DNA of 64,000 nucleotides from positions 30,056 through 94,055 of the forward strand of contig CANHHG010000001.1 in assembly GCA_947460615.1 (NCBI GenBank). The letters are read 5' to 3'. The notes below the pieces were generated by a model that saw nothing but the letters and a program-made list of their open reading frames with translations, was not told the DNA's origin and did not search any database. Of this stretch, positions 42,206 to 51,783 are shown piece after piece; position 1 is the first letter of the stretch; each line of letters opens with the position of its first letter. A program made the translations under genes and the position numbers. The stretch is from Bacteroidota bacterium. GTDB lineage: Bacteria > Bacteroidota > Bacteroidia > Flavobacteriales > Flavobacteriaceae.

Positions 42206-43555
42206 ATGAACTTAAACCAAATACACAACGTCTATTTCATAGGAATCGGAGGAATCGGAATGAGTGCCCTAGCGCGCTATTTCAAGTCCATTGGAAAAAA
42301 GGTATCTGGTTATGATAAAACAGAAACAGAGCTAACGAAAGAATTAATTGAAAGTGGAATTGACATTCATTTTGAAGATGAGATTGGACTAATTCCGACC
42401 GATTATTATATTGAGAATACATTGGTAGTAATTACACCAGCTGTTCCAACAGTTCATTCGCAATGGAACTATTTTTTAGAAAGAGAATTTGTAGTTAAAA
42501 AAAGAGCCGAAGTTTTAGGTTTGATCACTAAAGATACTTTTTGTTTTGCAGTGGCTGGTACCCATGGAAAAACAACTACATCAAGTATTTTAGGTCATAT
42601 ATTATATCAAAGTGGTGCTGATGTTACTTCGTTTTTAGGAGGAATTGTAGAAAATTACAATTCAAATTTAATTGGAACTGGAAAAACAATCACCGTGGTT
42701 GAAGCAGATGAATTTGATCGTTCTTTCTTGCATTTGTATCCCAATATAGCTTGCGTAACGTCTATGGATGCGGATCATCTAGATATTTATGGTGATAGCA
42801 AGGCAATTGAAGCTTCGTTTTTAGAATTTGCAAATAAAATTACCGATAAAAGTCAGCTTTTCATTACTAAAAACTTAGATCTTCAAGGGATAACTGTAGC
42901 TGTAAATGAAAATGCCGATTTCAAAGCATTTAATGTTAGAATCGAAAATGGAAATTATGTATTTGATGTGCAAACGCCAACGGAAATAATTTCTGAGTTA
43001 CAATTTGGATTGCCCGGAAAACACAATTTAACGAACGCTTTGATGGCATTGGCAATGGCCAAAACATTTGGAACTTCTAATGAGGATATAGCAGCAGCTT
43101 TAAAATCATTTAAGGGTATAAAGAGAAGATTTTCGTATCAGATAAAAGAATCGAATTTAGTTTACATTGATGACTATGCACACCATCCAACAGAAATTGA
43201 TGCTGTTTTTCAAGCGGTTTCGGAATTGTATCCGAATCAAAAAGTAATGGCTATTTTCCAGCCGCATCTTTTTAGCAGAACGAAAGATTTTGCCGATGGA
43301 TTTGCAAAAAGCTTATCCCAATTTGAGGAAGTTATATTATTAGATATTTATCCTGCTAGAGAATTGCCTATCGAAGGAATCACATCGAGTTGGCTATTAG
43401 ATAAAATGACGAATAATCATAAAAAAGTAGTTTCAAAATCGGATTTGATTACAGAGATTCTGAAAAGTGAAGCTAAAATTATCGTAACCATTGGCGCTGG
43501 GGATATTGGAGAATTAGTGCCATCAATAAAACTGGCATTGCAAAATATTAATTAA
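42206..43555 (+). CDS. murC: UDP-MurNAc:L-Ala ligase
   Basis: GIGGIGMSALA, GTHGKTTT, EADEFD, DDYAHHP, FQPH.FSRT. Confidence 0.98.
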   Translation: MNLNQIHNVYFIGIGGIGMSALARYFKSIGKKVSGYDKTETELTKELIESGIDIHFEDEIGLIPTDYYIENTLVVITPAVPTVHSQWNYFLEREFVVKKRAEVLGLITKDTFCFAVAGTHGKTTTSSILGHILYQSGADVTSFLGGIVENYNSNLIGTGKTITVVEADEFDRSFLHLYPNIACVTSMDADHLDIYGDSKAIEASFLEFANKITDKSQLFITKNLDLQGITVAVNENADFKAFNVRIENGNYVFDVQTPTEIISELQFGLPGKHNLTNALMALAMAKTFGTSNEDIAAALKSFKGIKRRFSYQIKESNLVYIDDYAHHPTEIDAVFQAVSELYPNQKVMAIFQPHLFSRTKDFADGFAKSLSQFEEVILLDIYPARELPIEGITSSWLLDKMTNNHKKVVSKSDLITEILKSEAKIIVTIGAGDIGELVPSIKLALQNIN

Positions 43556-43596
43556 AAAAATAGAATTCGGAATTAATTGATTTTTCAAAATATATA

Positions 43597-44334
43597 ATGG
43601 AAAAAGAGACAAAAAATAACATTTGGATTAACGCAAGATTGATTATAATGATCGTGGTGGTTGTTTTTCTGTTTTCTTTCTCGGCAAAACGAAATTCGGA
43701 ACGAAAAATACTAAAATCGGAAGTGATTTTTGTCGGAAATGACGAACTTTTTATCACTCACGAAACGGTTAATAAATTGTTAATAGAAAAAAATCTGAGG
43801 GTGCAAAAACCTCAAAAAGTTGCGGTAGATTTGAACAAATTGGAAAATTCCCTAGATAATTATAACATGATTGAAAAATCGGAAGTGTTTATAAGTATCG
43901 ATGGAGTGCTAAAAGCATTTGTAAAACAGAAGTCACCAATAGCAAGGGTTTTTGACGAAAACGGATCCTTTTATTTTGATTATCAAGGGAATAAAATGCC
44001 GTTATCTGAAAATTTTACGGCGAGAGTTCCGTTAGTTTCAGGCGAAATAAATGATGAAAATAGTAAAGATTTAAATAAATTATTTCGATTTATTTATGAC
44101 GATGATTTTTTGAAAAAAAACATAATTGGAATAGAAATATTGCCAACCGGAGCGATAATTATGTCCAATAGAAATTATAATTATAAAATTGATTTTGGTA
44201 GAACGATAAATGTCGAGTCAAAATTTAAAAATTATAAGGCGTTTTTTCAAAAAGCAGAAGCGGATAGTTCGTTAGTAAATTATAAAAAAATAAATCTAAG
44301 GTTTACGCAGCAAGTCGTTTGTACAAAAAAATAG
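43597..44334 (+). CDS. ftsQ: Cell division protein FtsQ/DivIB
   Basis: N-terminal TM helix, POTRA-like region, C-terminal I.LRF..QVV; immediately upstream of ftsA. Confidence 0.85.
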   Translation: MEKETKNNIWINARLIIMIVVVVFLFSFSAKRNSERKILKSEVIFVGNDELFITHETVNKLLIEKNLRVQKPQKVAVDLNKLENSLDNYNMIEKSEVFISIDGVLKAFVKQKSPIARVFDENGSFYFDYQGNKMPLSENFTARVPLVSGEINDENSKDLNKLFRFIYDDDFLKKNIIGIEILPTGAIIMSNRNYNYKIDFGRTINVESKFKNYKAFFQKAEADSSLVNYKKINLRFTQQVVCTKK

Positions 44335-44337
44335 GTT

Positions 44338-45732
44338 ATGGAAAAAGAGAACATTGCAGTTGGATTAGACATCGGGACAACCAAAATTGTCGCGATGATT
44401 GGTAAAAAAAATGAATATGGAAAGCTTGAGATTCTTGGAGTTGGAAAATCCAAAAGCTTAGGCGTGAAAAGAGGTGTAGTTGATAATATTACACAAACTA
44501 TCCAATCTATTCAACTTGCAGTTCAAGAAGCAGAAGCCAATTCTGGTTATAAAATTAAAGACGTAGTGGTAGGTATTGCGGGTCAGCATATTCGCAGTAT
44601 TCAGCACAGTGATTATATCAGTAGAAGTAATGCTGAAGAGGTAATTGGGGACAAAGACATTGATTTATTAATCAATCAAGTTCATAAGTTAGCCATGTTG
44701 CCAGGGGAAGAAATTATTCATGTTTTGCCTCAAGAATTTAAAATTGATGGGCAATCTGAAATAAAAGAGCCAATTGGAATGTGTGGCGGACGCTTAGAGT
44801 CAAGTTTTCACGTGGTGGTTGGACAAGCTGCTTCCATCAGAAATGTGGGAAGATGTATTCAAAGTTCAGGAATCGAATTATCGGGATTAACATTAGAACC
44901 ATTGGCATCGGCAGATGCAGTTTTAAGCCAAGAAGAAAAAGAAGCCGGAGTTGCTTTGATTGATATTGGAGGAGGAACTACAGATTTAGCCATTTTTAAA
45001 GACGGGATTATTCGTCATACGGCTGTAATTCCTTTTGGAGGAAATGTAATTACAGACGACATTAAAGAAGGTTGTTCAATTATAGAAAAGCAAGCAGAAT
45101 TACTGAAAGTAAAATTCGGATCGGCTTGGCCAGGAGAAAATAAAGACAACGAAATTGTTTCTATTCCAGGATTAAGAGGGAGAGAGCCTAAAGAAATTTC
45201 TTTGAAAAACTTGTCTAAAATAATTCATGCTCGGGTAGTTGAAATTATAGAGCAAGTATTTGTAGAAATAAAAGCATACGGACATGAAGATCCAAGACGT
45301 AAATTAATTGCAGGTATTGTTTTAACTGGCGGCGGAGCACAATTAAAGCATATTAAACAGTTAGTGGAGTATATCACCGGAATGGACACAAGAATCGGTT
45401 ATCCAAACGAGCATTTGGCTGGTGATTCAGATGAAGCGATATCAAGCCCTTTATTTGCGACAGCAGTTGGATTAGTAATGAACTCTATTGATAATAACTC
45501 GCAAAGTGCTGTTAAAATTACCTTTTCTGCACCAGAGAAAGTAAATGTTTATAGAGCACCAGTAGAGCAGATACAAGAAATTGTTGAAGTTCCTGAAATT
45601 GAAATGGAAGTTGAAAAAGAAGTTGAAATTGAATTGCCAAAGCAGTCCGAGTCAACAGAAACAAAAATCAGAAAGTCATTTTTTGATAAGTATGTCGATA
45701 AAATCAAAGAATTTTTAGACAACGCAGAATAA
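44338..45732 (+). CDS. ftsA: Cell division protein FtsA
   Basis: GLDIGTTKI, DIGGGTTD, GIVLTGGGA. Confidence 0.97.
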   Translation: MEKENIAVGLDIGTTKIVAMIGKKNEYGKLEILGVGKSKSLGVKRGVVDNITQTIQSIQLAVQEAEANSGYKIKDVVVGIAGQHIRSIQHSDYISRSNAEEVIGDKDIDLLINQVHKLAMLPGEEIIHVLPQEFKIDGQSEIKEPIGMCGGRLESSFHVVVGQAASIRNVGRCIQSSGIELSGLTLEPLASADAVLSQEEKEAGVALIDIGGGTTDLAIFKDGIIRHTAVIPFGGNVITDDIKEGCSIIEKQAELLKVKFGSAWPGENKDNEIVSIPGLRGREPKEISLKNLSKIIHARVVEIIEQVFVEIKAYGHEDPRRKLIAGIVLTGGGAQLKHIKQLVEYITGMDTRIGYPNEHLAGDSDEAISSPLFATAVGLVMNSIDNNSQSAVKITFSAPEKVNVYRAPVEQIQEIVEVPEIEMEVEKEVEIELPKQSESTETKIRKSFFDKYVDKIKEFLDNAE

Positions 45733-45809
45733 TAAAAAGAATTCCCTTTTTACCGTATGTTGTAAAAAGTTAAAATATAGAATAATTAATAAAGTTTAAA
45801 ACCAATATT

Positions 45810-47795
45810 ATGATGAGCAACTCAGATTTTGGAAGTATATCATTTGATTTACCAAAAAACCAATCAAATGTAATTAAAGTAATCGGCGTAGGTGGTGGCG
45901 GTAGTAACGCGATCAACCATATGTTTAAGCAAGGTATCAAAGGCGTTGATTTTATAGTTTGTAACACCGATTCTCAAGCCCTTGAAAACAGTGCTGTACC
46001 AAATAAAATTCAATTAGGGGTAACTCTTACTGAAGGTTTGGGTGCCGGTGCAAATCCAGATGTGGGACAACAATCGGCTATTGAAAGCATTAGCGAGATT
46101 GAAAAAATGTTAGACAGCAATACCAAAATGGTTTTCATTACTGCAGGAATGGGTGGTGGAACAGGTACAGGTGCTGCGCCAGTAATTGCTCAATTGGCGA
46201 AAGAAAGAGGAATTCTTACCGTTGGAATTGTTACCAAACCATTTCAATTTGAAGGTAAAGTTAGATATGAACAAGCCTTATTAGGAGTTGAAAAATTAAG
46301 AAAACAAGTAGATTCTTTAATAGTTATTAATAACAATAAATTAAGAGAAGTATACGGAAATTTAGGCTTTAAGGCAGGTTTCTCTAAAGCAGATGAAGTG
46401 CTTGCAACTGCATCTAGAGGAATTGCAGAAGTCATCACACACCACTATACCCAAAATATTGATTTAAAAGATGCCAAAACGGTTTTATCTGATAGCGGGA
46501 CAGCAATCATGGGATCAGCGACTGCCAGCGGAGATAACAGAGCAAAAGAAGCAATTATTGCTGCATTAGATTCTCCTCTATTAGACGATAATAAAATAAC
46601 AGGAGCCAAAAACGTATTGTTACTTATTGTATCTGGAACCAGTGAAATTACCATTGATGAAATCGGAGAAATCAACGATCATATTCAAACCGAAGCAGGT
46701 TTCAATGCCAATATTATCATGGGTGTTGGAGATGACGAATCTTTGGGTGATGATATTGCAGTAACTATTATTGCAACTGGTTTTAACGTTGAACAGCAAA
46801 ATGACATTGTCAATGCAGAGCCTAAAAAAATAATTCATACCCTTGGAACAGAACAAAAATTAATACAAGATTTATCAAATAACAAAGAAATTCCAAGCTT
46901 TGAATTTTCTTCATTTGAACCTGAGTTTACTCCAAAAGAAGAAAAAATAGTATTCGAATTAGTAGAAGATGAAGTGGAATTTGATATTGTTGCAGAAGTT
47001 CCAGTCGAAGTTTTTGAAACTCCAATCGTGGAAACTCCAATCGTGGAAACTCCAACTTTTACGATGGACTTAGTTCCAACCTCTGAGTTCTTGAAAAATT
47101 TAGAAGTTACTTTCGAAATAGTAGCGCCAGAATTAGATCAGGAGTATTATTTTTCAGCGCCAGAGATTAACGAAATTGAAGTAAATTCAATTCAACCAAT
47201 ATTTGCTCAAGAGGAGCAGATTACTTTCTCTTTCGATATGCCAATTGCGAAAACAGAAACTCCTAAAAGTGAAGATACCATTTTTCAATTAACAGATGAA
47301 ACAAAAAATATTTTTGTAAATGACCCGGTTCAATTTGTGCCTATGACCGAATTGAATGAAAGCGGTGTAGTCAAATATTCTTTGGAAGAGTATATGGATA
47401 TTGAAAATAAATCAGCAAACGCTACTCCAATAGCGGCCGTAGTGGAAGAGCCAATTGCAGAAGAGTTAAATATCACGGTGAAAGAAGTTGAAATGACCTC
47501 TAACCACAATCCATTTGCAGAAGAAATTTCCCCAATGGAAATGACAATCGAAGAGTCTGCAAGAATTATTGCTGATGAAAGAAGAAGAAAGTTGAAAGAG
47601 TTTAATTACAAATTCCACAACAATCCTTCTAAAGTGGATGAATATGAGAAAGAACCTGCTTATAAAAGATCAGGAGTAGATCTTTCTACGGTACAACAAA
47701 ACAATTCTAACTCAAGATTGTCTTTTGGAACAGACAGTAATAATGACAACCAATTGAGAAGTAATAATTCTTTTTTACATGACAATGTAGATTAA
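45810..47795 (+). CDS. ftsZ: Cell division GTPase FtsZ with long acidic linker
   Basis: [21 protein letters not shown] tubulin signature, EPAYKR near the C-terminus. Confidence 0.98.
   Translation: MMSNSDFGSISFDLPKNQSNVIKVIGVGGGGSNAINHMFKQGIKGVDFIVCNTDSQALENSAVPNKIQLGVTLTEGLGAGANPDVGQQSAIESISEIEKMLDSNTKMVFITAGMGGGTGTGAAPVIAQLAKERGILTVGIVTKPFQFEGKVRYEQALLGVEKLRKQVDSLIVINNNKLREVYGNLGFKAGFSKADEVLATASRGIAEVITHHYTQNIDLKDAKTVLSDSGTAIMGSATASGDNRAKEAIIAALDSPLLDDNKITGAKNVLLLIVSGTSEITIDEIGEINDHIQTEAGFNANIIMGVGDDESLGDDIAVTIIATGFNVEQQNDIVNAEPKKIIHTLGTEQKLIQDLSNNKEIPSFEFSSFEPEFTPKEEKIVFELVEDEVEFDIVAEVPVEVFETPIVETPIVETPTFTMDLVPTSEFLKNLEVTFEIVAPELDQEYYFSAPEINEIEVNSIQPIFAQEEQITFSFDMPIAKTETPKSEDTIFQLTDETKNIFVNDPVQFVPMTELNESGVVKYSLEEYMDIENKSANATPIAAVVEEPIAEELNITVKEVEMTSNHNPFAEEISPMEMTIEESARIIADERRRKLKEFNYKFHNNPSKVDEYEKEPAYKRSGVDLSTVQQNNSNSRLSFGTDSNNDNQLRSNNSFLHDNVD
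47016..47055 (+). repeat. 15-bp in-frame tandem repeat (GAAACTCCAATCGTG x2.7; ETPIV) in ftsZ
   Basis: Read directly: GAAACTCCAATCGTG GAAACTCCAATCGTG GAAACTCCAA. Confidence 0.9.
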
Positions 47796-47818
47796 TTTGA
47801 GAATTATTAAATAACAGC

Positions 47819-47857
47819 TAACCCGAAAATCAATACTATTTTCGGGTTATTTTTTTA
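47819..47857 (+). terminator. Intrinsic terminator after ftsZ
   Basis: AACCCGAAAAT...ATTTTCGGGTT followed by a T-run. Confidence 0.85.
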
Positions 47858-47902
47858 TAGTCATCCCAACAATTAGCTTCCTTTAGTACATTTTTCAATC
47901 AG

Positions 47903-47933
47903 TTGCGAGATCAATAATATTTCTCTAAATTTG
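47903..47933 (+). promoter_or_regulatory. Promoter (-33 TTG / -7 TAAATTTG) for element copy 4, yqeY and tRNA-Arg
   Basis: TTG 47903-47905, 20-nt spacer, TAAATTTG 47926-47933. Confidence 0.6.
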
Positions 47934-47936
47934 CAA

Positions 47937-48075
47937 TGCCTTTTTCCAGCTGTGCGTTACAAGTTTTAGGTACAAATTGGTTTTTTCTAAGGCCTTAAAA
48001 GAGCTTCTAAAGTCGCTTTTTAGCCCAATAAAAATTCCATTTTCTCCATAAAAGCTATTTACTTCCATCTGGGGC
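47937..48075 (+). ncRNA. Structured repeated element, copy 4 (long form), Flavo-1-like
   Basis: TTTCCAGCTGTGCGTTACAA...AAGAGCTTCTAAAGTCGCTTT...TTTACTTCCATCTGGGGC; termini match copy 2 and the internal block matches copy 1. Confidence 0.75.
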
Positions 48076-48162
48076 AAAACAGAACCGTTTTTTAAATATT
48101 TTTTTATTTTACGATTCAACGATTCAATAAATAACCGAATAACCAAATTAACAAAGAATAAT

Positions 48163-48612
48163 ATGAGTTTATCAGTACAATTAATGGACGAAATTAAAAC
48201 GGCGATGAGAGCAAAAGATACGATTGCATTGGAAGCCCTTCGTGCCATCAAATCGGAAATTTTGTTAGCACAAACCGCTTCAGGCAATAAAGAAGAAATC
48301 TCTGAAGCCGATGAAATTAAATTGTTGCAAAAATTGGTTAAAACTAGAAAAGACAGTGCTAAAATCTTCACGGAACAAAACCGTATGGATTTAGCAGAAC
48401 CAGAATTAGCTCAAATCGCCGTGATTGAAAAATTCTTACCAGCACAATTAAGCGAGGAAGAAGTAGAAGCGGTGATTGCTAAAATTATTGCAGAAACGGG
48501 TGCTTCAGGTATAGCTTCAATGGGAAAAGTGATGGGAATTGCGGCAGCACAATTAGGCGGAACCGCTGAAGGGAAAACCATTTCTTCTATTGTAAAAAAA
48601 TTATTGGTATAG
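48163..48612 (+). CDS. yqeY: GatB/YqeY domain protein
   Basis: K.AMRAKD...L..LR.IKS, R.DLAE.E..Q..VIE.FLP.QLSEEE, MGKVMG. Confidence 0.92.
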   Translation: MSLSVQLMDEIKTAMRAKDTIALEALRAIKSEILLAQTASGNKEEISEADEIKLLQKLVKTRKDSAKIFTEQNRMDLAEPELAQIAVIEKFLPAQLSEEEVEAVIAKIIAETGASGIASMGKVMGIAAAQLGGTAEGKTISSIVKKLLV

Positions 48613-48658
48613 ATTTTCTTAATCTTAAATCTAAGATCAAAAATCTTAAATTATTAAT

Positions 48659-48732
48659 GGCTGCGTAGTTCAACTGGATAGAATATCAGATTTCGGCTCT
48701 GAGGGTTGGGGGTTCGAATCCCTTCGCGGTCA
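48659..48732 (+). tRNA. tRNA-Arg(TCG)
   Basis: Acceptor GGCTGCG/CGCGGTC, anticodon arm TCAGA-TT-TCG-GC-TCTGA, T-loop GTTCGAATC. Confidence 0.95.
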
Positions 48733-48733
48733 C

Positions 48734-48767
48734 AAAAAAAGACAAACTTATTTAGTTTGTCTTTTTT
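48734..48767. terminator. Bidirectional terminator after tRNA-Arg, overlapping the stop codon of the CotH gene
   Basis: AAAAAAGACAAACT-tattt-AGTTTGTCTTTTTT. Confidence 0.85.
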
Positions 48768-50812
48768 ATTATTTTTCTAATTATAATTTTATTGTTTTGG
48801 TTGATTTTTAATAAATAAATTCCGTTAGCATAATTTCTAAAATCAATTGAATATAAATTTGAATTTAATTCAATTTTGTTTATAATTCTACCTTCTAAAT
48901 CAAGAACTTCTATTTTTGAAATATCATTTGGCGAATTAATATTTACTATGTCTGAAGTAGGATTTGGGGAAACTGTAATATTGTTTGAGATTTCAATTTC
49001 GGGAATGGATAGCGTATTTGTAGCAACCCAACTGGAAGCTAAGTTATTGTCTAACGCAGTATCAATTAATTGAAGATAATTTCCCCCACCATCTGCATTT
49101 GTAGGCCAAGGAGCGCTATCGTAATAAAAAACATTATCGATTGTGTTACCAAAAGCATCAGATAATATTAAATTTTGATTGCTATTAGATAAATTCCTAA
49201 AAAATTCACCAAATGCACTGAAGCCATATCTACTCAAAAAAGTAGCTGCATTACTTGCTAAATATAAACTAGAATTTGCCGCAAGAGTACTATTTGATGG
49301 AAACTGATACGAAAGCCCTAACCCATTAAAATAGATTCCTGTTAAATTTACAAGTTGGTTGCCGGTATTTTTAATTTCAATAAATTCTTGGTTATTACTA
49401 GTAAATCCTGTAATAGCTGCTGGATTGTAATTTATTTTTGTAATAACTAATGGAGGAGTTGCAATTGAATTACAACTTGCAAAATTACTTAAATTATTAT
49501 TCATCCATGAAATTCTCGCTAATAAAAAAGTTTTAATGGTATTTATTTGGTCAGCATGCACCCCAATTGTATTCCACCTAGTTTGTTCTCTAACAACAGC
49601 TGGGGCAATTAAAGAAACCGCATTGTCAATTAATGTATTTAGAGTTGTAATATTCATGGGTTTCCCTGGCTGAGTAAGCTCATTCCAGCGTTTCGCTAAG
49701 TAGCATTTGAATTGAGGACTTAAGTAAAGATCTTTCCAGAATTTAGCTCCATCATTTCCACCGTCTGAAAATTGCCAAACATTGGGATGACTTCGGTCGA
49801 AGCCCCATAAAAACAAATCGTTACCATAAGTTAAATTAAAATCCCAAATAGGTCCCGCTCTTAATTTTCCATTTCTGTCTTTATGAAAAAAAGTACTAAA
49901 ATGATATCCGTCAGGATTACTCGCTAGTTCATTGGACAATATAAAATCTACAAAAGAGGGAACATCTATAATTGAGGGATAACCATCTACAGGGGAAAAA
50001 TTGTTTACAGCAGTTGTACTGGCTAGTCTATTAAATTCATTTTGAATATAATTGTTTTGTTGCGAAGTAACTTCTGTTGGTTTCGGTAATTCGTGAATAA
50101 AAACGGCATCATTCCCCGAAACATAGGATGGCATTGTCCAAGCTACAGGATCTCCACCAGTTAATTTATCGGATTTGGTAATATATCCTCCTGAGAGCTC
50201 AGGCATTGTATTTTGAGTAGTAGTAATCTTGGTGATATTTACTCTTTGCGAATCTGCTTTTATTTTTTCTTGAAATAAATATAAACCTCTATAATCCCCG
50301 TTTACAATTAACTCACAATATACGGTTCGAGGTGCATAATTACCCATATTTCTAGAAATAGCATACGAAATATAATCTCTTATTAATGATGGTTCAAATG
50401 CCAATCCATTCAACACCCAATCATTTTCCGAAGGCATCCCAAGCAAAGAAACATTATTGTTTGAAACATTATCTGCTAATCTCGTTGTTAATCCATAGCT
50501 TTTTTTCTCTACAGATTGAGAACTAGATCCTCTAATTTCAATATCTATTCTTCCATTGTAATTTAAAGAAGCTGAGTTATTTTGATCGGTAACAAAATTT
50601 TGAATTCCGGGCCCATTATATATAATTTTCATATTACCCAATATTCTAGGATCATCCAAAATAGTAGCAGAATTATCAGTGTTTATGATAATTATTGGGA
50701 GGTTACTACTTGTAAATACTTGAGAAAATGTGCTTAATTGAATAAATACTAATAAAATAATTAGAAATAGATTACGGATTATTTTTTTGTTAATAGTACT
50801 ATTGTATTGCAT
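48752..50812 (-). CDS. CotH kinase family protein with lamin tail domain and T9SS CTD
   Basis: Signal peptide; IRG.SS...KKSY, DWVL, R..Y.EL..NG.Y.GLY...EKI, N.DG, GPIWDFN.T.G; LTD (INYNP...EFIEI.N); CTD SPNP...G.YL..KIIK. Confidence 0.88.
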   Translation of the reverse strand: MQYNSTINKKIIRNLFLIILLVFIQLSTFSQVFTSSNLPIIIINTDNSATILDDPRILGNMKIIYNGPGIQNFVTDQNNSASLNYNGRIDIEIRGSSSQSVEKKSYGLTTRLADNVSNNNVSLLGMPSENDWVLNGLAFEPSLIRDYISYAISRNMGNYAPRTVYCELIVNGDYRGLYLFQEKIKADSQRVNITKITTTQNTMPELSGGYITKSDKLTGGDPVAWTMPSYVSGNDAVFIHELPKPTEVTSQQNNYIQNEFNRLASTTAVNNFSPVDGYPSIIDVPSFVDFILSNELASNPDGYHFSTFFHKDRNGKLRAGPIWDFNLTYGNDLFLWGFDRSHPNVWQFSDGGNDGAKFWKDLYLSPQFKCYLAKRWNELTQPGKPMNITTLNTLIDNAVSLIAPAVVREQTRWNTIGVHADQINTIKTFLLARISWMNNNLSNFASCNSIATPPLVITKINYNPAAITGFTSNNQEFIEIKNTGNQLVNLTGIYFNGLGLSYQFPSNSTLAANSSLYLASNAATFLSRYGFSAFGEFFRNLSNSNQNLILSDAFGNTIDNVFYYDSAPWPTNADGGGNYLQLIDTALDNNLASSWVATNTLSIPEIEISNNITVSPNPTSDIVNINSPNDISKIEVLDLEGRIINKIELNSNLYSIDFRNYANGIYLLKINQNNKIIIRKIIKKTN

Positions 50813-51734
50813 ATTAAGTAATTGAGTAATTTCTTGTAAAAATACTTAAAAAGTATCATAATCAATAATGATTAAGTAAAATATCCTATTTAAGTTTAGT
50901 TATTAGAATAAATAAAAAACAATATTACTCTTGACGTAATAAAAGTGATCGACAAAAAAAATATTATTAATATTTATTCAATTACGGCTTTGAGATTCCA
51001 AATTTTTTTTATGTCTTCAAACTAAAGTGGATTTTTTCTTAGAGAGTATTAAGTTAATAATTCAAATTTTATTAATTTTTGAAAACACTCTCTTAGTTTT
51101 TGACTAAATCAGTGTATTTTTGGCTGATTATTTACATTTATTAGTGGAAGTAAGTTGGCAAATATATATATCAATTGCTATTCATTAAAAATTTCAAACA
51201 AAATTTCAGACGGGTTTATAAATAGAGATTCCACACCAGTAATTCAAGATTGTCAGGTTTTAATCGAGTTTATGAAAAATAGATAGTTCAACTTTAGATA
51301 GGTTGAATAACTTTAATTGTTAACTACTTTTGTAATAAACTAAAATTAAATTAAAAAGAATAATTTTCAATACCCTTTATAAAAGTTAGATATTCTATGG
51401 CATATTTTCAACAAAATGAGTTAAAAATTCTAACATTTGGTTTGAAAATAAGTCAATAGAGTTCACAGTCGAACCAAAACACTTTTAAGTAATTTAAAGT
51501 TTTTTGTTATAATTTGAATATAAATAATAAAATCTCCTGAATTATTTGGGAGATATTTACAATAAAAAAATAATTTAATAATAATTCAGTACTTTGTTTA
51601 AAAACACTAACAATAATGTAATGATTTTAACAAAAAGCAGATGTAAAAAATTCTTTTTCAATATATCCAATAAAAATAAAATAATTTTAAATATTTTTTA
51701 ATATCCCATAGATACTTTACAATTAGCTGTATTA

Positions 51735-51760
51735 AAAAGCCTTACATTTGCGAGGCTTTC
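51735..51760 (-). terminator. Intrinsic terminator downstream of the SusCD hydrolase locus
   Basis: AAAGCCTT-acatttgc-GAGGCTTT with an A-run on the left (U-tract on the minus strand). Confidence 0.65.
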
Positions 51761-51783
51761 ATAATTAATTGATATAATTCAAA

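Noticed and set aside
32012-47795. Absence of murF, murB and ddl from the dcw cluster
   Set aside because: Usual arrangement in Flavobacteria, where these genes lie elsewhere.
47925-48371. 148-aa minus-strand ORF
   Set aside because: Antisense to yqeY and to element copy 4; no recognisable motifs.
50792-50803. Palindrome AATAGTACTATT resembling the TetR operator
   Set aside because: Lacks the operator's central spacing, lies within the CotH start region, and is easily produced by chance in AT-rich DNA.
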